Positions 39,077 to 54,416 are shown, counted from the stretch's first letter. The stretch is 64,000 nucleotides of DNA from Octopus vulgaris (GCA_951406725.2 OX597833.1:3782001-3846000), one strand, 5' to 3'. Numbers and translations are program-made. The notes: generated by a model not told the origin, from the sequence alone.

Positions 39077-40121
39077 CCACCGTCATCATCCTTATCATCA
39101 TCCTTATCACCACCATCATCATCATCAAAGTTTTGGTGTCACCACCACCATCAGGTCTCGAACCCAGGCTGCGACCATTCCTACTTTACTCCAGGACACA
39201 AATATATTTTTGTAATTGAATGAACGCCTTTAACTTGCCACATCACACGCGCCATAATCCCGGGGGGCGGGGCGGGGGCTGTGTGCTCGATTTTATGGGT
39301 TGGTAACATTGTTTGGGAAGCGAACAAAATGCTTTGTCCACAGCATTCCATAAGGAGCACAAGACCGGTTTCTCGGTTTCTCTGGTGTAAAATTCTCCCT
39401 GGACGGGACGCCAGTCCATCCCATGATTAACTCACTTTTATCAGCTGAGTGGACTAGCGCAACGTGAAATGAAATGTTTTGCTCAAAAACGCAACGTATC
39501 GGTCGGTCCAGGGATCGAAACCATAATCTTACGATCCAAAGTAACACACTCTAACCACTACACCACGCGCCTTCACATGCACCGAACAAAATGCAACACG
39601 GTATTTATTCCGAAAAAGGCGGCTATCTGGTAGAAACGTTAGCATGCCGGGCGAAATGCATAGCCGTATTTCGTCTGCCGTTACGTTCTGAGTTCAAATT
39701 CCGCCGAGGTCGACTTTGCCTTTCATCCTTTCGGGGTCGATAAATTAAGTACCAGTTACGGACTGGGGTCACTGTAATCGAATTAATCCGTTTGTCCTCC
39801 CTGTGTTTAGCCCTTAGTGGGTAGTAAAGAAATAGGTATTTATTCCGAAACTTTTACATTCTGAGTTCAAATCCCGCCGAGGTCAACTTTGCCTTTCAGC
39901 CTATCAAGGTCGATAAAATGAAATACCAGATGTGTACTGGGGATCAATATAATCAACTATTCTCTCGTCCCACCCACCAGTTTTGCTCGGCGTGTGTCTA
40001 ATTAAGAGACAATTGACGGTGGTGGAATAGCAGAATCGCCGGTGCGCCGAACAAAATACCTTACCGTTCCGCTTCTTTTATCTTTTATCTCTTAACTGTT
40101 TCAATCGTTAGACTGCCTCTC

Positions 40122-40424
40122 AAACCCTCTTTCATGGGGCTGAAGAGATGATAGTCTGAAGGCGCTAAATTATTCCAGTGGTGAGGAAGTGAAAACTGTA
40201 GCGAAGAAGTGGCTCAAAGAACAGTCAACAGAATTTTACGGGGCAGGGATACATGATCTCATTCGAAGGTGGAACATTGCTATTGAGAGAAGCGGTGACT
40301 ATGTTGAGAAGTAGGGATATATGATCCACAGAGGACCAGCTTCATTTTGATGTATGACACATGTTCCTGTGTTGGTAATTATACCTGTCCTAAACAAAAT
40401 GGCATTACCTTTTGACTCACCCTC

Positions 40425-40427
<3 letters not shown>
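40122..40427 (+). mobile_element. mariner 3' remnant (second family)
   Basis: EEVKT..KKWLKEQSTEFY.AGIH.L..RWN.AI...GDYVEK*. TIR ending TTTTGACTCACCCTCG followed by TA. Confidence 0.8.
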
Positions 40428-40474
<47 letters not shown>

Positions 40475-41393
40475 AATATATATTGAAGAGTAGATTATAT
40501 GAAATAGTGTAATTCATTTAGAATTAATTATTAGTCAAGTTCAATAAAGTTTGTTTTGTTTTGGAAAGAATAGAATAGAAAAGCTTTCACTTTTATATTA
40601 ATAACTATGGAAGACTGGTGGGAATATAATCTGTATGGACTACAAGGGCTTGGTTGCTATTTAGCGAGATTATTTAGGAGTGAGTTACGAAATTAATTTA
40701 CCGTTACTGTTTGTGTACGTAAGGTGAATGTGGTTTCTTTGTTGTAGTTTAATTAATTAATGTTAATGTTTAATACTTCCGAGAATTAAGATTGAACGAA
40801 TGTGATGATGTCTAAGGTATGTTTGTTCCCAAACAACACTTGTTTTAGTGCTGTTGACACCGCCGGATTGAACCGGCGCCGAAACCATAGTGATATCCGT
40901 GGGGCAGCTGATGATGGGGGGTGTGTTGGATTGTTGGTATGACTGTTATTGTACGTGTGGAATAGATTTATAAGACATCCATTTGATATATATATGGATG
41001 GAAGCACTCCGTCGGTTACGACGATGAGGGTTCCGGTTGATCCGAATCAACGGAACAGCCTGCTCGTGAAATTAACGTGTAAGTGGCTGAGCACTCCACA
41101 GACACGTGTACCCTTAACGTAGTTCTCGGGGATATTCAGCGTGACACAGAGAGTGACAAGGCCGGCCCTTTGAAATACAGGTACAACAGAAATAGGAAAT
41201 AAGAGTGAGAGAAAGTTGTGGTGAAAGAGTACAGCAGGGATCACCACCATCCCCTGCCAGAGCCTCGTGGAGCTTTAGGTGTTTTCGCTCAATAAACACT
41301 CACAACGTCCGGTCTGGGTATCGAAACCGCGATCCTCCGATCGCGAGTCCGCTGCCCTAACCACTGGGTCATTGCGCCTCCACACACACACAC

Positions 41394-41511
<118 letters not shown>

Positions 41512-41899
41512 TTGGAGATGATTCTGTCGAAGTGACCCATTGATAGGATTTTTAGGCCCCGATGCCAGAGATTTTTCCAATCATAAAGCCAACCCTTAGA
41601 AACCTTTCTTTAAGTCTCTGGTTTGACAGAGCAGCAAGGGGTGATAAACCACGCCAAATTCTTGAGGACTGTCTTCTCCTTTGAACTGATCTTTAATAAA
41701 AAGCAGTGATGCCAACAAACTGCTCTGGAAGTTCGTAGTAACCCGTAGTCGTGGGCGACCACTGATCGCAATAGCAAAGCATAGTTTCGATGTTCCAGGA
41801 CGCGAGCTTTAGTGTACCTTGCAGTTGTCGTTCAAACTGCATTTCACGATATGATTTGGCTGAGATTATTCAACCGAAGATGCAAAAATGAACTTTCTA

Positions 41900-44620
41900 G
41901 GTCCCAATCCACGGGAAGCAAGGAGACGGTTGCTGGTCATTTAAAATAGTTGATGTCGTCCTTTCCAGATCAAAATCAGACGATCCATACACCTCAACTG
42001 CCAGCATTCAAAATTGGAACTGCGGTTTCAAGTACCATCCGACCCTTTCTGTTTTTGGCCCTTTCCTATCGCTATAGGGCTTTATCTATTATTACAAAAG
42101 CCTCTCTTGTGTCAGAGTTATTGACTACTACAAAGACAATTCCCTGTAAATCTTCCATTACTTTTCGCTCTTCTTTTGAAATATTTGGTCTTACATGATT
42201 AACTGACAGCTCAGAAATTTTTCCACCGAGTCCTCTTCTACATTTCCCTAAATAATTATTATAGTTCACCATTTGTTTCTTGCTAGTGATGAATCTTCGC
42301 AATTTCACAATAAGATTTTGGAGTGGATGTATATTTAAATCCACACGCTAAAAGTTTTTATTTAATTCTCTTTTTGTAGAGTAAAATCCTCATACCATAA
42401 TTTCATTAATTTTCAAGTCTGATATTTCGGTATTTTCTAGAATCTTCGTATGGTTAATTTTTTTCTGTTTTTGCATAAATCTTCCGTTTCTTAATAAAAT
42501 TATTTTTACTTTGTAATCCATTGACATTTCATCTTTCCGTTCTACTATCGCACAAGGATACTCTTTACTCTTTTACTCTTTTACTTGTTTCAGTCATTTG
42601 ACTGCGGCCATGCTTGAACACCGCCTTTAGTTGAGCAAATCGACTCCGGGGCTTATTCTTTGTAAGCCCAGTACTTATTCTATCGGTCTCTTTTGCCGAA
42701 CCGCTAAGTGACGGGGACGTAAACACACCAGCATCGGTTGTCAAGCAATGGTAGGGAGGACAAACACAGACACACAAACATACACATACATATACATATA
42801 TATGCATACATACGACAGGCTTCTTTCAGTTTCCGTCTACCAAATCCACTCACAAGGCATTGGTCGGCCCGGAGCTATAGCAGAAGACAATTGCCCAAGA
42901 TGCCACGCAGTGGGACTGAACCCGTAACCATGTGGTTGGTTAGCAAGCTACTTACCACACAGCCACTCCTGCGCCTATATGTTGATATCTTTAGCAGTAT
43001 GCCATATTTCCATCTTTCATTGCTTATTTCTTACAGATTTACGCCATTTTACTCTGTTTGTCGGTCTTCTTTTGCCTGTGTTTTCATTGTTTGTCGAGAT
43101 TCGCAGAAGAATGGTGTTTTGTTGTGACTGAGTTTTCTCTGGTATGAATTATTGACTTTTTGTCCGATCTTGTGTCTGCGCATGGACGGGTTTTTGCTGA
43201 CTTTTGTCGTATAAAACCAAATATTACAAAAGGAGAGCATAAAGCATTGAAACGTCTGCAGAAGGATTTCTTTGTAGTAATTTATAAAGCTGGTAGAAGA
43301 GAAATTGTAATAACGAAAAAGCCACCATTGCAAAGAAAATGGTTTTAGAACAATGAAACGTTATAAAATAACAAACCAACTAGAAACCAACACAGGTTAC
43401 TGAGCAATTAACAAAACCCGTAAATTAAAATACAAATTTAAAGCAATTTATCGGAAAAGAATCGAATTATTTAACTATTTTTGAGGTGCATTTAACAAGC
43501 AACTGTTATGGATTGCCGTAACTCCATGAACCTAAAGGAACTCATAATAGTTTTGAAGACAATTCAGGCTCAGGAGTGGCTGTGTGGTAAGTAGCTTGTT
43601 TACCAACCACATGGTTCCGGGTTCAGTCCCACTGCGTGGCATCTTGTGCAAGTGTCTTCTACTATAGCCCCGGGTCGACCAATGCCTTTTGAGTGGATTT
43701 GGTAGACGGAAACTGAAAAAAGCCTGTCGTATATATGTATATATATATATATAAGTGTGTGTGTATATGTTTGTGTGTCTGTGTTTGTCCCCCTAGCAAT
43801 GCTTGACAACCGATGCTAGTGTGTTTACCTCCCCGTCACTTAGCGGTTCGGCAAAAGAGACCGATAGAATAAGTACTAGGCTTACAAAAGAATAAGTCTT
43901 GGAGTCGATTTGCTCGACTAAAGGCGGTGCTCCAGCATGGCCGCAGTCAAATGACTGAAACAAGTAAAAGAGTAAAAGAGTAAACTAGAAACCAACACAG
44001 GTTACAGTGCAATTATCAAAACCAGTAAATTAAAATACAAATTTAAAGCAATTTATCGGAAAAGAATCGAATTATTTAACTATTTTTGAGGTGCATTTAA
44101 CAAGCCACTGTTATGGATTGCTGTAACTTCATGAACATAAAGGAACTCATAATAGTTTTGAAGACGTAATTCATAGATAAGGATTCCAAAGCGTTAGATT
44201 AAGAATTACGTTCAACTGTTGTTGGACTGGCATCAAGCATAAAATTTAAGCGTTCTACTGGGTTTATATTCAAACTGTTATGCAAATTGGTTCCTCGTTT
44301 AATCAGAAATCGTATGCACTGTTTTAGATTGCATCCTTGAAAAGTGCCTACAAATAATTTAAAAGAGAATTGCAAAAAAAAAAAACCCCAAAAAACAGCT
44401 CATTTTAAATGGGCTGCGATTGGTGCTGGAAAACAACTTCCTTTTTGGTGATCAGTATTACTTACAAATAAAGGGGTGACAATGGCGACGAAAGACACCC
44501 CTACTCATGCAACATTGGTGATGAGGCTTTTAGAAGAATATATCTATGTCAAGCCCGAGATTATCTTTGGTCAGCGTTTTAAAATAATGTTTTAAAAATA
44601 CGGGATTAGATACGTCGAAT
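41900..44620. pseudogene. Heavily degenerate Penelope RT fragments (minus about 41900-42520, plus about 42980-44620), interrupted by SINE A copies
   Basis: PNISKEERKVMEDL (minus), PNITKGEHKALKRLQKD..VVI.KA (plus) and LVLENNF.FGDQYYLQIKG..MAT...PT.A.LVM..LE near 44420-44540. Confidence 0.6.
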
Positions 44621-46360
44621 GTAAATAATGTAAATAATGTATATATTTGCGTGTTTGTGTTTGTCCCACCAACATCATTTGATAACCGATGTTGGTGTGT
44701 TTACGTCCGTGTAATTAGCAGTTCGGCAAAAAGACACCGATAGAATATAAATAACTACTAGGCTTAGAAAAATAAGTCCTGGGGTCGATTTGTTCGACTA
44801 AAGGCGCTGCTCCAATATGACCGCAGTCAAATGATTGAAACAGGTAAACGAATAAAAGAAAAAAAAAACAAAAAGAAGAAAAGAAGCGTCATAACTTTCA
44901 GAGTTGGGTCTCAATTCTATAGAAAAATCTGAAGAGGCGCAGGAGTGGCTGTGTGGTAAGTAGCTTGCTAACCAACCACATGGTCCCGGGTTCAGTCCCA
45001 CTGCGTGGCACCTTGGGCAAGTGTCTTCTACTATAGCCTCGGGCCGACCAATGCCTTGTGAGTGGATTTGGTAGACGGAAACTGAAAGAAGCCTGTCGTA
45101 TATATGTATATATATATATATGTATGTGTATGTGTATATGTTTGTGTGTCTGTGTTTGTCCCCCCAACATCGCTTGACAACCGATGCTGGTGTGTTTATG
45201 TCCCCGTAACTTAGCAGTTCGGCAAAAAGACACCGATAGAATAAGTACTAGGCTTAGAAAGAATATGTCCCGGGGTCGAGTTGCTCGACTAAAGGCTCTG
45301 CTCCAGTATGACCGCAGTCAAATGGTTGAAACAAGTAAACGAATAAGAGAAAAAAAAAACAAAAAGAAGAAGCGTCATCACTCTCAGAGCTGGCTTTCAA
45401 TATCTATCGAAAAATCTGAAGAGGAACCCCTCCTAAAAGCTAAACATTGCGATTCGCTTGGCTGAAAAGTAAACAGCGTTGACAATGAAGAGGCGTTCTC
45501 CAGAACAAACACGTTGCGAACCGCAGATTAATATTATTTGTGCTTCTTTCGGTCCCTTATTCTCCATTACAGCCGAGAGCCGTTGTATTGTATTGACTTT
45601 GATTTCAGATATACAACCAGATTAATATTTTTGCCCTGGACAAACAAACTGTGGATTATATTTCATTGTTTATTGACAGCGATATAGATTAAACCTTAAC
45701 TGCAATTAGCACAGCTGCAACGGCAGCAGCTGGAGTCGCATAAACAGCAGCAGCAGTAGCAGTGGAGGCGCAATGGCCCAGTGGTTAGGGCAGCGGACTC
45801 GCGGTCGGAGGATCGCGGTTTCGATTCCCAGACCGGGCGTTGTGAGTGTTTATTGAGCGAAAACACCTAAAGCTCCACGAGGCTCCGGCAGCGGGTGTTG
45901 GCGACCTCCTGTTGTACTCTTTCGCCCCCAACTTTCTCTCACTCTTTCTTCCTGTTTCTTGTCCTCCCCGACTTCCTATGCAACCACTGAGCCTGGATGC
46001 GCATTCATCCATCCGTCGATGCTCTCGGTGTCGGGGGTTGACCTGCTTTCTCTTCTGCGGGTCTTACGAATAGCAAAGGACCACGTTTCGGACTTCTCCC
46101 ATCTTGCGAGCTCTGGGACGAAGACCGTTCGCTCAACAGCAACAACAACAACAACAGCAGCAGCAACCTTGCATAGGTCCAGCTCAAACACGGTTGAGTA
46201 GCACTATTTTCAAAAGTGTTCTAGCCATGACCATTCCATATTTTTCCTGCTAGAGGCAGTGAATAAGAACTACGTAGTCTAACATATTTTTCATTTTGTT
46301 AAATGATAGGGCATATATTCGAGACGATATTTAAAGCTATTTCTATAAGTGTATGTGTGT

Positions 46361-46414
<54 letters not shown>

Positions 46415-46471
46415 CATAATATATACGTATACATACACACTCACATATATGTATATTATCATATATATATA

Positions 46472-46709
46472 TTGGGCTCGTGTATAATTATTGCGGCTTT
46501 TTAAAACAAATTTTATTCAACAAAAACAATAACAATATTTAATAAAAACATCTTTAAATGACGTCAAGCAAATGAGAAGCAGTAATTGAGGTAGATGGTG
46601 AATATGCTCCGGAATAATCATTTAAAGATGTTTTTGTTACATGTTGTTATTTGTTTTTGTTGAATCAAATTTGTTGAAAAAAAGCCGCAATAATTATGCA
46701 CCAATCCAA
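46472..46709. mobile_element. mariner-derived MITE with ~90-bp inverted arms
   Basis: TA|TTGGGCTCGTGTATAATTATTGCGGCTTTT ... AAAAGCCGCAATAATTATGCACCAATCCAA|TA. Confidence 0.85.
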
Positions 46710-46727
46710 TACGTGTGTGTATGTGTA

Positions 46728-46789
<62 letters not shown>

Positions 46790-47547
46790 CGTGTGTGTGT
46801 GTGTGTGTATTTGTAGCTGTCTTTGGATCATAGATACCTACAGTCACATCATTATTTGTTCTTAGATAACGACTCTTATGGACGTGAAGTGTTAAAAACA
46901 ATAAATATCAGTGGCAGACGGAAATTGCTCTCAGCAGCAGTAAGCGAAAGCGCCAGAGGCATTTCGGCCTTTTGGGGCCTTTTGGGGGCCTTTTGGGGCC
47001 TTTTCGATGGCGTAGTACCATTGAAAACACAAACACACACATATACGTAACACACAGACACACACGTATATGCATAGACCCTCAAATACACATAGACACA
47101 TATGTATGAGGGCGCATGGCCTAGTGGTTAGTGTGTTGTACTCACGATCTATGCATACGGCGGGCTTCTTTCAGTTTCCGTCTACCAAGCTCCCTCACAA
47201 GGCTTTGGTCACGTGGGAGAGTCGAACCCGAAACCATGTGGTTGCGAAACGAAATTTATAACCACGTGCAGCTACCCCCGTATCATCACCATCACGACGA
47301 CGACGACCGCCACCACCACCACCACCACCACCACTACAACCACCTTCACGCTTTTCACTTGATGTCCCAGACCCCCAAGTGGGCAGTCCCCCCCCACCTT
47401 CAGCTCTATTATGTCAGTAATTGGGTTTGGAAGATACTGTTTCAGCCTCGTTGGTCTGATTTTGTTGATGGCACAAAAGCAGCAGCAGTAGCCGCAGCAG
47501 CAGCAATTATGATTTTGCATTAAATTCAGTCTATCTGTAACATCGCA

Positions 47548-48171
47548 ACACACAATACACACACATACAGACATACACACACACAAACACACAAACACAC
47601 ATACACACACAAAAACACACATTACACATACACACACATACACACACACACAAACACACAAACACACATACACACACACACACACATTACACATACACAC
47701 ACATAGACACACACAAACACACAAACACACATACACACATACACACACATACACACACATACACACCCATTACACATACACACATAGACACACACAAACA
47801 CACAAACGCATATACACACACACACAAACACACAATGCACACATACACACACACAAACACACAAACACACAATACACACATACACACACATTACACATAC
47901 ACACACACAAACACACATACATACACACACACAAACACACAAACACACAATGCACACATACACACACATACACACACAAACACACAATACACACATACAC
48001 ACATATACACACACACACTCATACACACACAACACACGATATATGCACACAAACACTCATAATACACACACAAACACACAACACACAAGACAATACACAC
48101 AATACACACATAAACACACAAACACACACGACACAATACACACACACACACAATACACACACACACACACA

Positions 48172-48263
<92 letters not shown>
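47548..48263. repeat. Complex (CA)n-rich microsatellite
   Basis: Read directly from the sequence. Confidence 0.95.
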
Positions 48264-48267
<4 letters not shown>

Positions 48268-48465
48268 CGGTTCTGCCGACAGGTTTCGGAAGCAAAGCAT
48301 GTCGTAACAGGCAGCGGAGAGAGAGGAAATGGCCGTCGTCTGTTTGTATGGCGGCTGAAGTTGAAACAGGAACAACAGACGACCGCAACAGCCACAAAAA
48401 ACACCAATAGCAACAACACAAACACCACGAGTAAAAATAGCAACCTCTTCAGCAACTGCAATAGC

Positions 48466-48497
<32 letters not shown>

Positions 48498-48616
48498 CGA
48501 ACACAGATGCTATTTATTAATATTTTTTTATAAACCAAAATGTTCCTTCATAATTACTTTGAAAATGCGTTGAGATAAAAAACCGAAAGAAACTACTGCT
48601 GCTGCTGCTGCTGCTG

Positions 48617-48658
<42 letters not shown>

Positions 48659-49026
48659 TTACTACTACTACTACTATTGCTACTATTATTGCTACTACTG
48701 CTACTCTTTTACTTGTTTCAGTCGTTTGACTGCGGCCAGGCTGGAGCACCGCCTTTAGTCAAGCAAATCGACCGCCCCCCACCCCAGTACTTATTCTTTG
48801 TAAGCCTGGTACTTATTCTATCGACCACTTTTGCCGAACTGCTGTTTACGGGGACGTAAACACACCACCGTCGGGGCAGGAGACAAACAGAGACACACAA
48901 ACATATACATACATACATACATATATATATATATGTATATATATATACGACGGGCTTCCTTCAGTTTCCGTCTACCAAATCCATTCACAAGGCTTTGGTC
49001 GGCCCGAGGCTATAATGGAAGACACT

Positions 49027-49089
<63 letters not shown>

Positions 49090-49092
49090 TAT

Positions 49093-49148
<56 letters not shown>

Positions 49149-49234
49149 TATATATATATATTTATATGTATGTATATATATATATATACACACACACATG
49201 TATATATATATATAAATATATTTATATATATATG

Positions 49235-49293
<59 letters not shown>

Positions 49294-49819
49294 GCATATA
49301 TGTATATATATATATATATATATACTGTTGTGTCTAGGAAGAGTCATTCTCTTTTGGTGGCTTATAATGTAACACACTTACCGGTGAAATTTCCACTAAT
49401 TTCTTATTCTTATTTTCCTAAAATTTTCGTTGCGTCTTGCAACCTTTTCAATAGTCAAGACTATTTTAGGAAAATAAAATAAGGAATAAGTGGAGATTTT
49501 ACCGGAGAGTGTGTTAAATAATAAGGCGCTAAAAGAGAATGACTCTCCCCAGACAGAACACAATATGCTTCAACACACGGACTCACATAAAGAATCTTGC
49601 AAACCAAATCCAAAAACGGAATATATATAATGTACCGTTGGCGATGGTTTTCCCCCTGTCTTCCCTTCTCTGGATCTTTCCTTCTCCTATGTTTCCGATG
49701 AAGAGCTCCGCTCGAAACGTTAAACCCTCCTTCTTTCCTTCTTTCCTGAGCGTCCAATAATATTTTATTTGTTCCACGTCCTCGCGTTGTTGTGTTTTTT
49801 TGTGCTTTCTTGTTTGGAT

Positions 49820-49923
<104 letters not shown>

Positions 49924-49955
49924 TGTGTGTATATATATATATATGTATATATATA

Positions 49956-50002
<47 letters not shown>

Positions 50003-50003
50003 G

Positions 50004-50050
<47 letters not shown>

Positions 50051-50146
50051 TAGAGGTTGTGTAACCTCATGAAGGGATGGTTTCATCCAAGGAAAGACTG
50101 GAGCCTGTTATAAGGAATCCGTAAAACATCCAAGGGTATATTTTTT

Positions 50147-50233
50147 TTCCTCTGAAGATATTATGCTCAGGTCATATATATTTAATATTTAATTAATATT
50201 TACTGAGTATTAATTGAAACAGCTGTAAGTGAA
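50147..50233 (+). ncRNA. Type-I hammerhead motif with long stem II, in a module flanked by (TA)n
   Basis: TTCCT / CTGAAGA / T-ATTATGCTCAG...CTGAGTATTAAT-T / GAAAC-AGCT-GTA / AGTGAA. Palindromic loop III; imperfect stem I. Confidence 0.6.
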
Positions 50234-50305
50234 GATGATTAATTTGCTATTAATAATTAATACATAATTATTAACTTCCCAATCTCCATTTTCTTTTTCT
50301 TCTCT

Positions 50306-50392
<87 letters not shown>

Positions 50393-51146
50393 TTACAGAT
50401 ATATATCATATATATATATAATTTTAAAAAGGGCGACACGCATTTATTTAAGGTTCGTAAGAGCGAGAATCACGTGATTCCCATGCGTATGTTATCTCAT
50501 CTATTCCCCATTGATCTGTCTCTGAACTCTTCTAAGTACCGCACTTATGAACCATGCCGCAAAGTCGTCTGCTCACTGACAACATGCATGTTATCGCTTT
50601 CATTAAACATAAACATGCACTTAACTTTTAATTCCTAAATTCACGATCAATAAAAGCTGTTTACTTTTGTGGGTAAAGGTAAACTAAAGGCGGTGAATGC
50701 GCCGGATTAGAAGAGATTGATTACATCGGCAAAAGACGCTCCTTCTCCTTCATTCACCTTCGGTGAATCTGGCTTTGACCAGCAGGAATTCATATATCAT
50801 TGGACGATGTCTATCGATTGCTATAAATATAACTTGATCAATATTTATTTATCCTACAGGCGCTAATTAGATAAATGCTTCTCGTATGTTTGAGAGGGTC
50901 CCTGCATACACACACGCATATATGTATGTATGTACATGCTTATATATATACTAAGCTTTTTTTTCCAACGAATCTAATGCTCTTAGCTTAGTTTTTCATT
51001 GGGGCTGGCCAGATTGGAGCAATCTCAAGATTAATCAGCCGAAATTGCGAGGATGATCCGGTTCTTGACTGAAGATTAAAGGCTTCGAATGACCCGTCCA
51101 TGTTTTTTGCATCGTCTTCTAGATGTTTTGCATTCTTGTCCCATTT

Positions 51147-51181
<35 letters not shown>

Positions 51182-51184
51182 TCT

Positions 51185-51698
51185 TGTTGACGTCTTTTCT
51201 TGTCTTTCCATTTCTCCTCTCTCTCTCTGTCACTCCTTTGTATTCCCTCTTTTACGGTACGTCGCCAATCTCCACGGGGTTGCCGGCAACTGCTTCCCAA
51301 CCGCTAATATTGATGTTGCAGGCCTTCATGTCCCTTTTGCAAACATCCTTGTAACGTAAGAACGGTCTACCCACAGACCTAGTACCCCTAGCAAGCTCTC
51401 CGTAGAGTATGTCCTTGGGGATTCTGCAATCTTTCATACGGCTAACATGCCCAAGCCATCTCATACGTCTTTGTGTGAGGAGTGCAAACATGCTTGGTAT
51501 TCCTGCTTGCCTGAGGACATCTTTGTTGGGGATATGACTCTGCCATTTGATGCGGAGGATTTTCCGGAGGCAGCGCAGGTGAAAGATGTTTAGGCGACGC
51601 TTTTGACGTGTGTATAGCGTCCAAGTCTCACTTCCATACAGTAGAGTGCTAAGTACACATGCCTGGTAGATCTTCATTTTCGTGGTCTTGGTCAACAA
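51185..51698 (-). mobile_element. RTE (BovB-like) LINE ORF C-terminal remnant
   Basis: KIYQACVLSTLLYGSETW...FHLRCLRKIL.I.W...RR.RWLGHV.RM...RIPK.ILYGEL..G.R..GRP..RYKD. Confidence 0.9.
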
Positions 51699-52046
51699 GA
51701 AACTATGGCATTACAACCAGCCAGGAACAGTCTTCGCTACATTTTTACCGGTATCCTCTCTGTCGTCGGGTATAATCTGCGTCTGCGGAGTGGTCTGAAA
51801 AGTTAGGATATACAGGCAGTTAGTTTTACACGTGGATCTGGCTGTTTGTGTATTTAAAATCGAAAGGCTGTCCCACTGATGAAACTGGCCTTCAGCAAAT
51901 ATTTTTTTGCTGGAAATAGTTAGAAACCATGATCTGGGAAATTTTTTAATTTTCCTTCCTTTCGAAAATTTATCCTTATTTGGTGGTTTTGTGTTTTCTA
52001 CTGCTCTTTCTTGCACAAGGATTTCCTATTTGGAAGCCTCTTATTG

Positions 52047-52109
<63 letters not shown>

Positions 52110-52144
52110 CATACATATCTATATGTATGTATATATATATGTGC

Positions 52145-52193
<49 letters not shown>

Positions 52194-52291
52194 ATTAGAG
52201 ACAAAACCACTATTATGCAAATCAAACAAAGAAAGACTTAAGCCAATACATAAATTATTTATATAAATTTAGAAATTTAACAATTATAAAT

Positions 52292-52352
52292 AACCACTAC
52301 GATCGTTTCATGTCTTATTTCAGCACATCTTTCAGACATTCTTCAGGTGGTT
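52292..52352 (-). ncRNA. Intact minimal type-I hammerhead ribozyme motif
   Basis: AACCAC / CTGAAGA / ATGTCT...AGACAT / GAAAC-GATC-GTA / GTGGTT. Stems I and II are perfect 6-bp helices and the GATC loop is palindromic. Confidence 0.78.
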
Positions 52353-52565
52353 TCAAAACCTAAAATATAATCAATATTTTTAAGATATAAATAATCTATA
52401 TAATCAAATAAAATTTACTTATAATAAACTCTATTATTAAATATGATTATATCGAAATCGACTATAATGTTAAATATTAACTTTAATTTATAAGGTACAC
52501 ACATACAAACATATATATATACATACATATATACAACCATATATGCATATATATATACACACACA

Positions 52566-52619
<54 letters not shown>

Positions 52620-52756
52620 GATAAAACTTACTTGGAAATGGATGCGTGGCGTTCGATAATATAATAATATAAATAATATATATAAGTATATGCATATATG
52701 CATACACATATGTACATACTTAAATGTATATGTATATATACATGCATATATGAGTC

Positions 52757-52856
52757 CAGGACGTCAAAAAAACGTGAAGAAAATGTTGTTCGAAAAAAAG
52801 TTCGTTTTTTATATTCTCCTTTCTAATTTTGCTCACGTTTTTTTTGACGTCCTGTA
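52757..52856. mobile_element. Small MITE
   Basis: TIRs CAGGACGTCAAAAAAACGTGA / TCACGTTTTTTTGACGTCCTG followed by TA. Confidence 0.7.
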
Positions 52857-53226
52857 CCCAGATATGCATGTATATATATATATATATATATATACATACA
52901 TATATACACAAGTATGTACATATGTGTATGTATATATGCATATATATATATATTATTTATGTTATATTATATATAATAAGCATTTCTTATGCAAAGTCAG
53001 AAATCCGGGATCTGGAATTATCCAGTAATTTTTTGCTAGTTTATTTTGTCTTTTAGTCTTCTCTCCTGGTGCTGTATGAACATTTAATGTGGTTTTAGAG
53101 TCAAATTCTGGCTGCTATTTCCAGCGTGGAGGTATCTCTTAGATACTCTAAATTATAATTTTAATAATAATTATTACCTTCGAAGGTTTTTATTCCCATA
53201 CTGGCCACTTAAATTAACGATCTTAT

Positions 53227-53298
<72 letters not shown>

Positions 53299-53334
53299 GT
53301 ATATTAATTTCATATTTAATTGTTTCCTCGACAG

Positions 53335-53415
53335 ATATAGTGCCGGAATTCTTCTACAACAACAAACATTATGGAGGTGTCAATGGCGGCGTGTTACTAA
53401 CACTCAAAGGAAGAG
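53335..53415 (+). CDS. PKHD1L1: Fibrocystin-L-like gene, coding exon 2 (start of first IPT/TIG domain)
   Basis: Acceptor ttgtttcctcgacag|, donor GAG|gtaaga, 81 nt, phase 1-1. Encodes (D)IVPEFFYNNKHYGGVNGGVLLTLKGR(G), the IPT G..NGG..LT..G.GF pattern. Confidence 0.8.
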
Positions 53416-53477
53416 GTAAGATATACAACTATATATATATATATATATATATATACATACATATACATACATATACA

Positions 53478-53860
<383 letters not shown>

Positions 53861-53866
53861 ATAATA

Positions 53867-53947
<81 letters not shown>

Positions 53948-54416
53948 GTATGCTCTACGGGCCTCCGGCAGGGGATGGATGTGAACCCTGCTGTACTCTT
54001 ACACCACAACGTTCTCTGATTCTTTCTTCCTGTTTCTGTGGTACCTGTATTTCAAATGGCCAGCCTTGTCACATCCTGTGTCACGCTGAATCTCCCCAAG
54101 AACTACATTAAGGGTACACGTGTCTGTGGAGTGCTCAGCCACTTGCACGTTAATTTCACGAGCAGGCTGTTCGGTTGATCGGATCAACTGGAACCCTCGT
54201 CGTCGTAACGGACGAAGTACCACGATACGCGTGTTGAGGAGAAAAAGGTGTTGAGAAAAAAGAAGTGGCTGTGTGGGTAAGTAGCTTGCTTACCAACCAC
54301 ATGGACCGGATTCAGTCCCACTGTGTGGCACCTTAGGCAAGAGTCTTCTACTATAGCCTCGGGCCGACCAAAGCCTTGTGAGTGGATTTGGTAGACAGAA
54401 ACTGGAAGAAGCCGTC

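Noticed and set aside
50995-51148. Hammerhead in the repeat shared with 62221-62340 (GGCTG..CAGCC-GAAA; CTGAAGA)
   Set aside because: The core elements are not arranged in a valid topology; it is treated only as a (TA)n-associated repeat.
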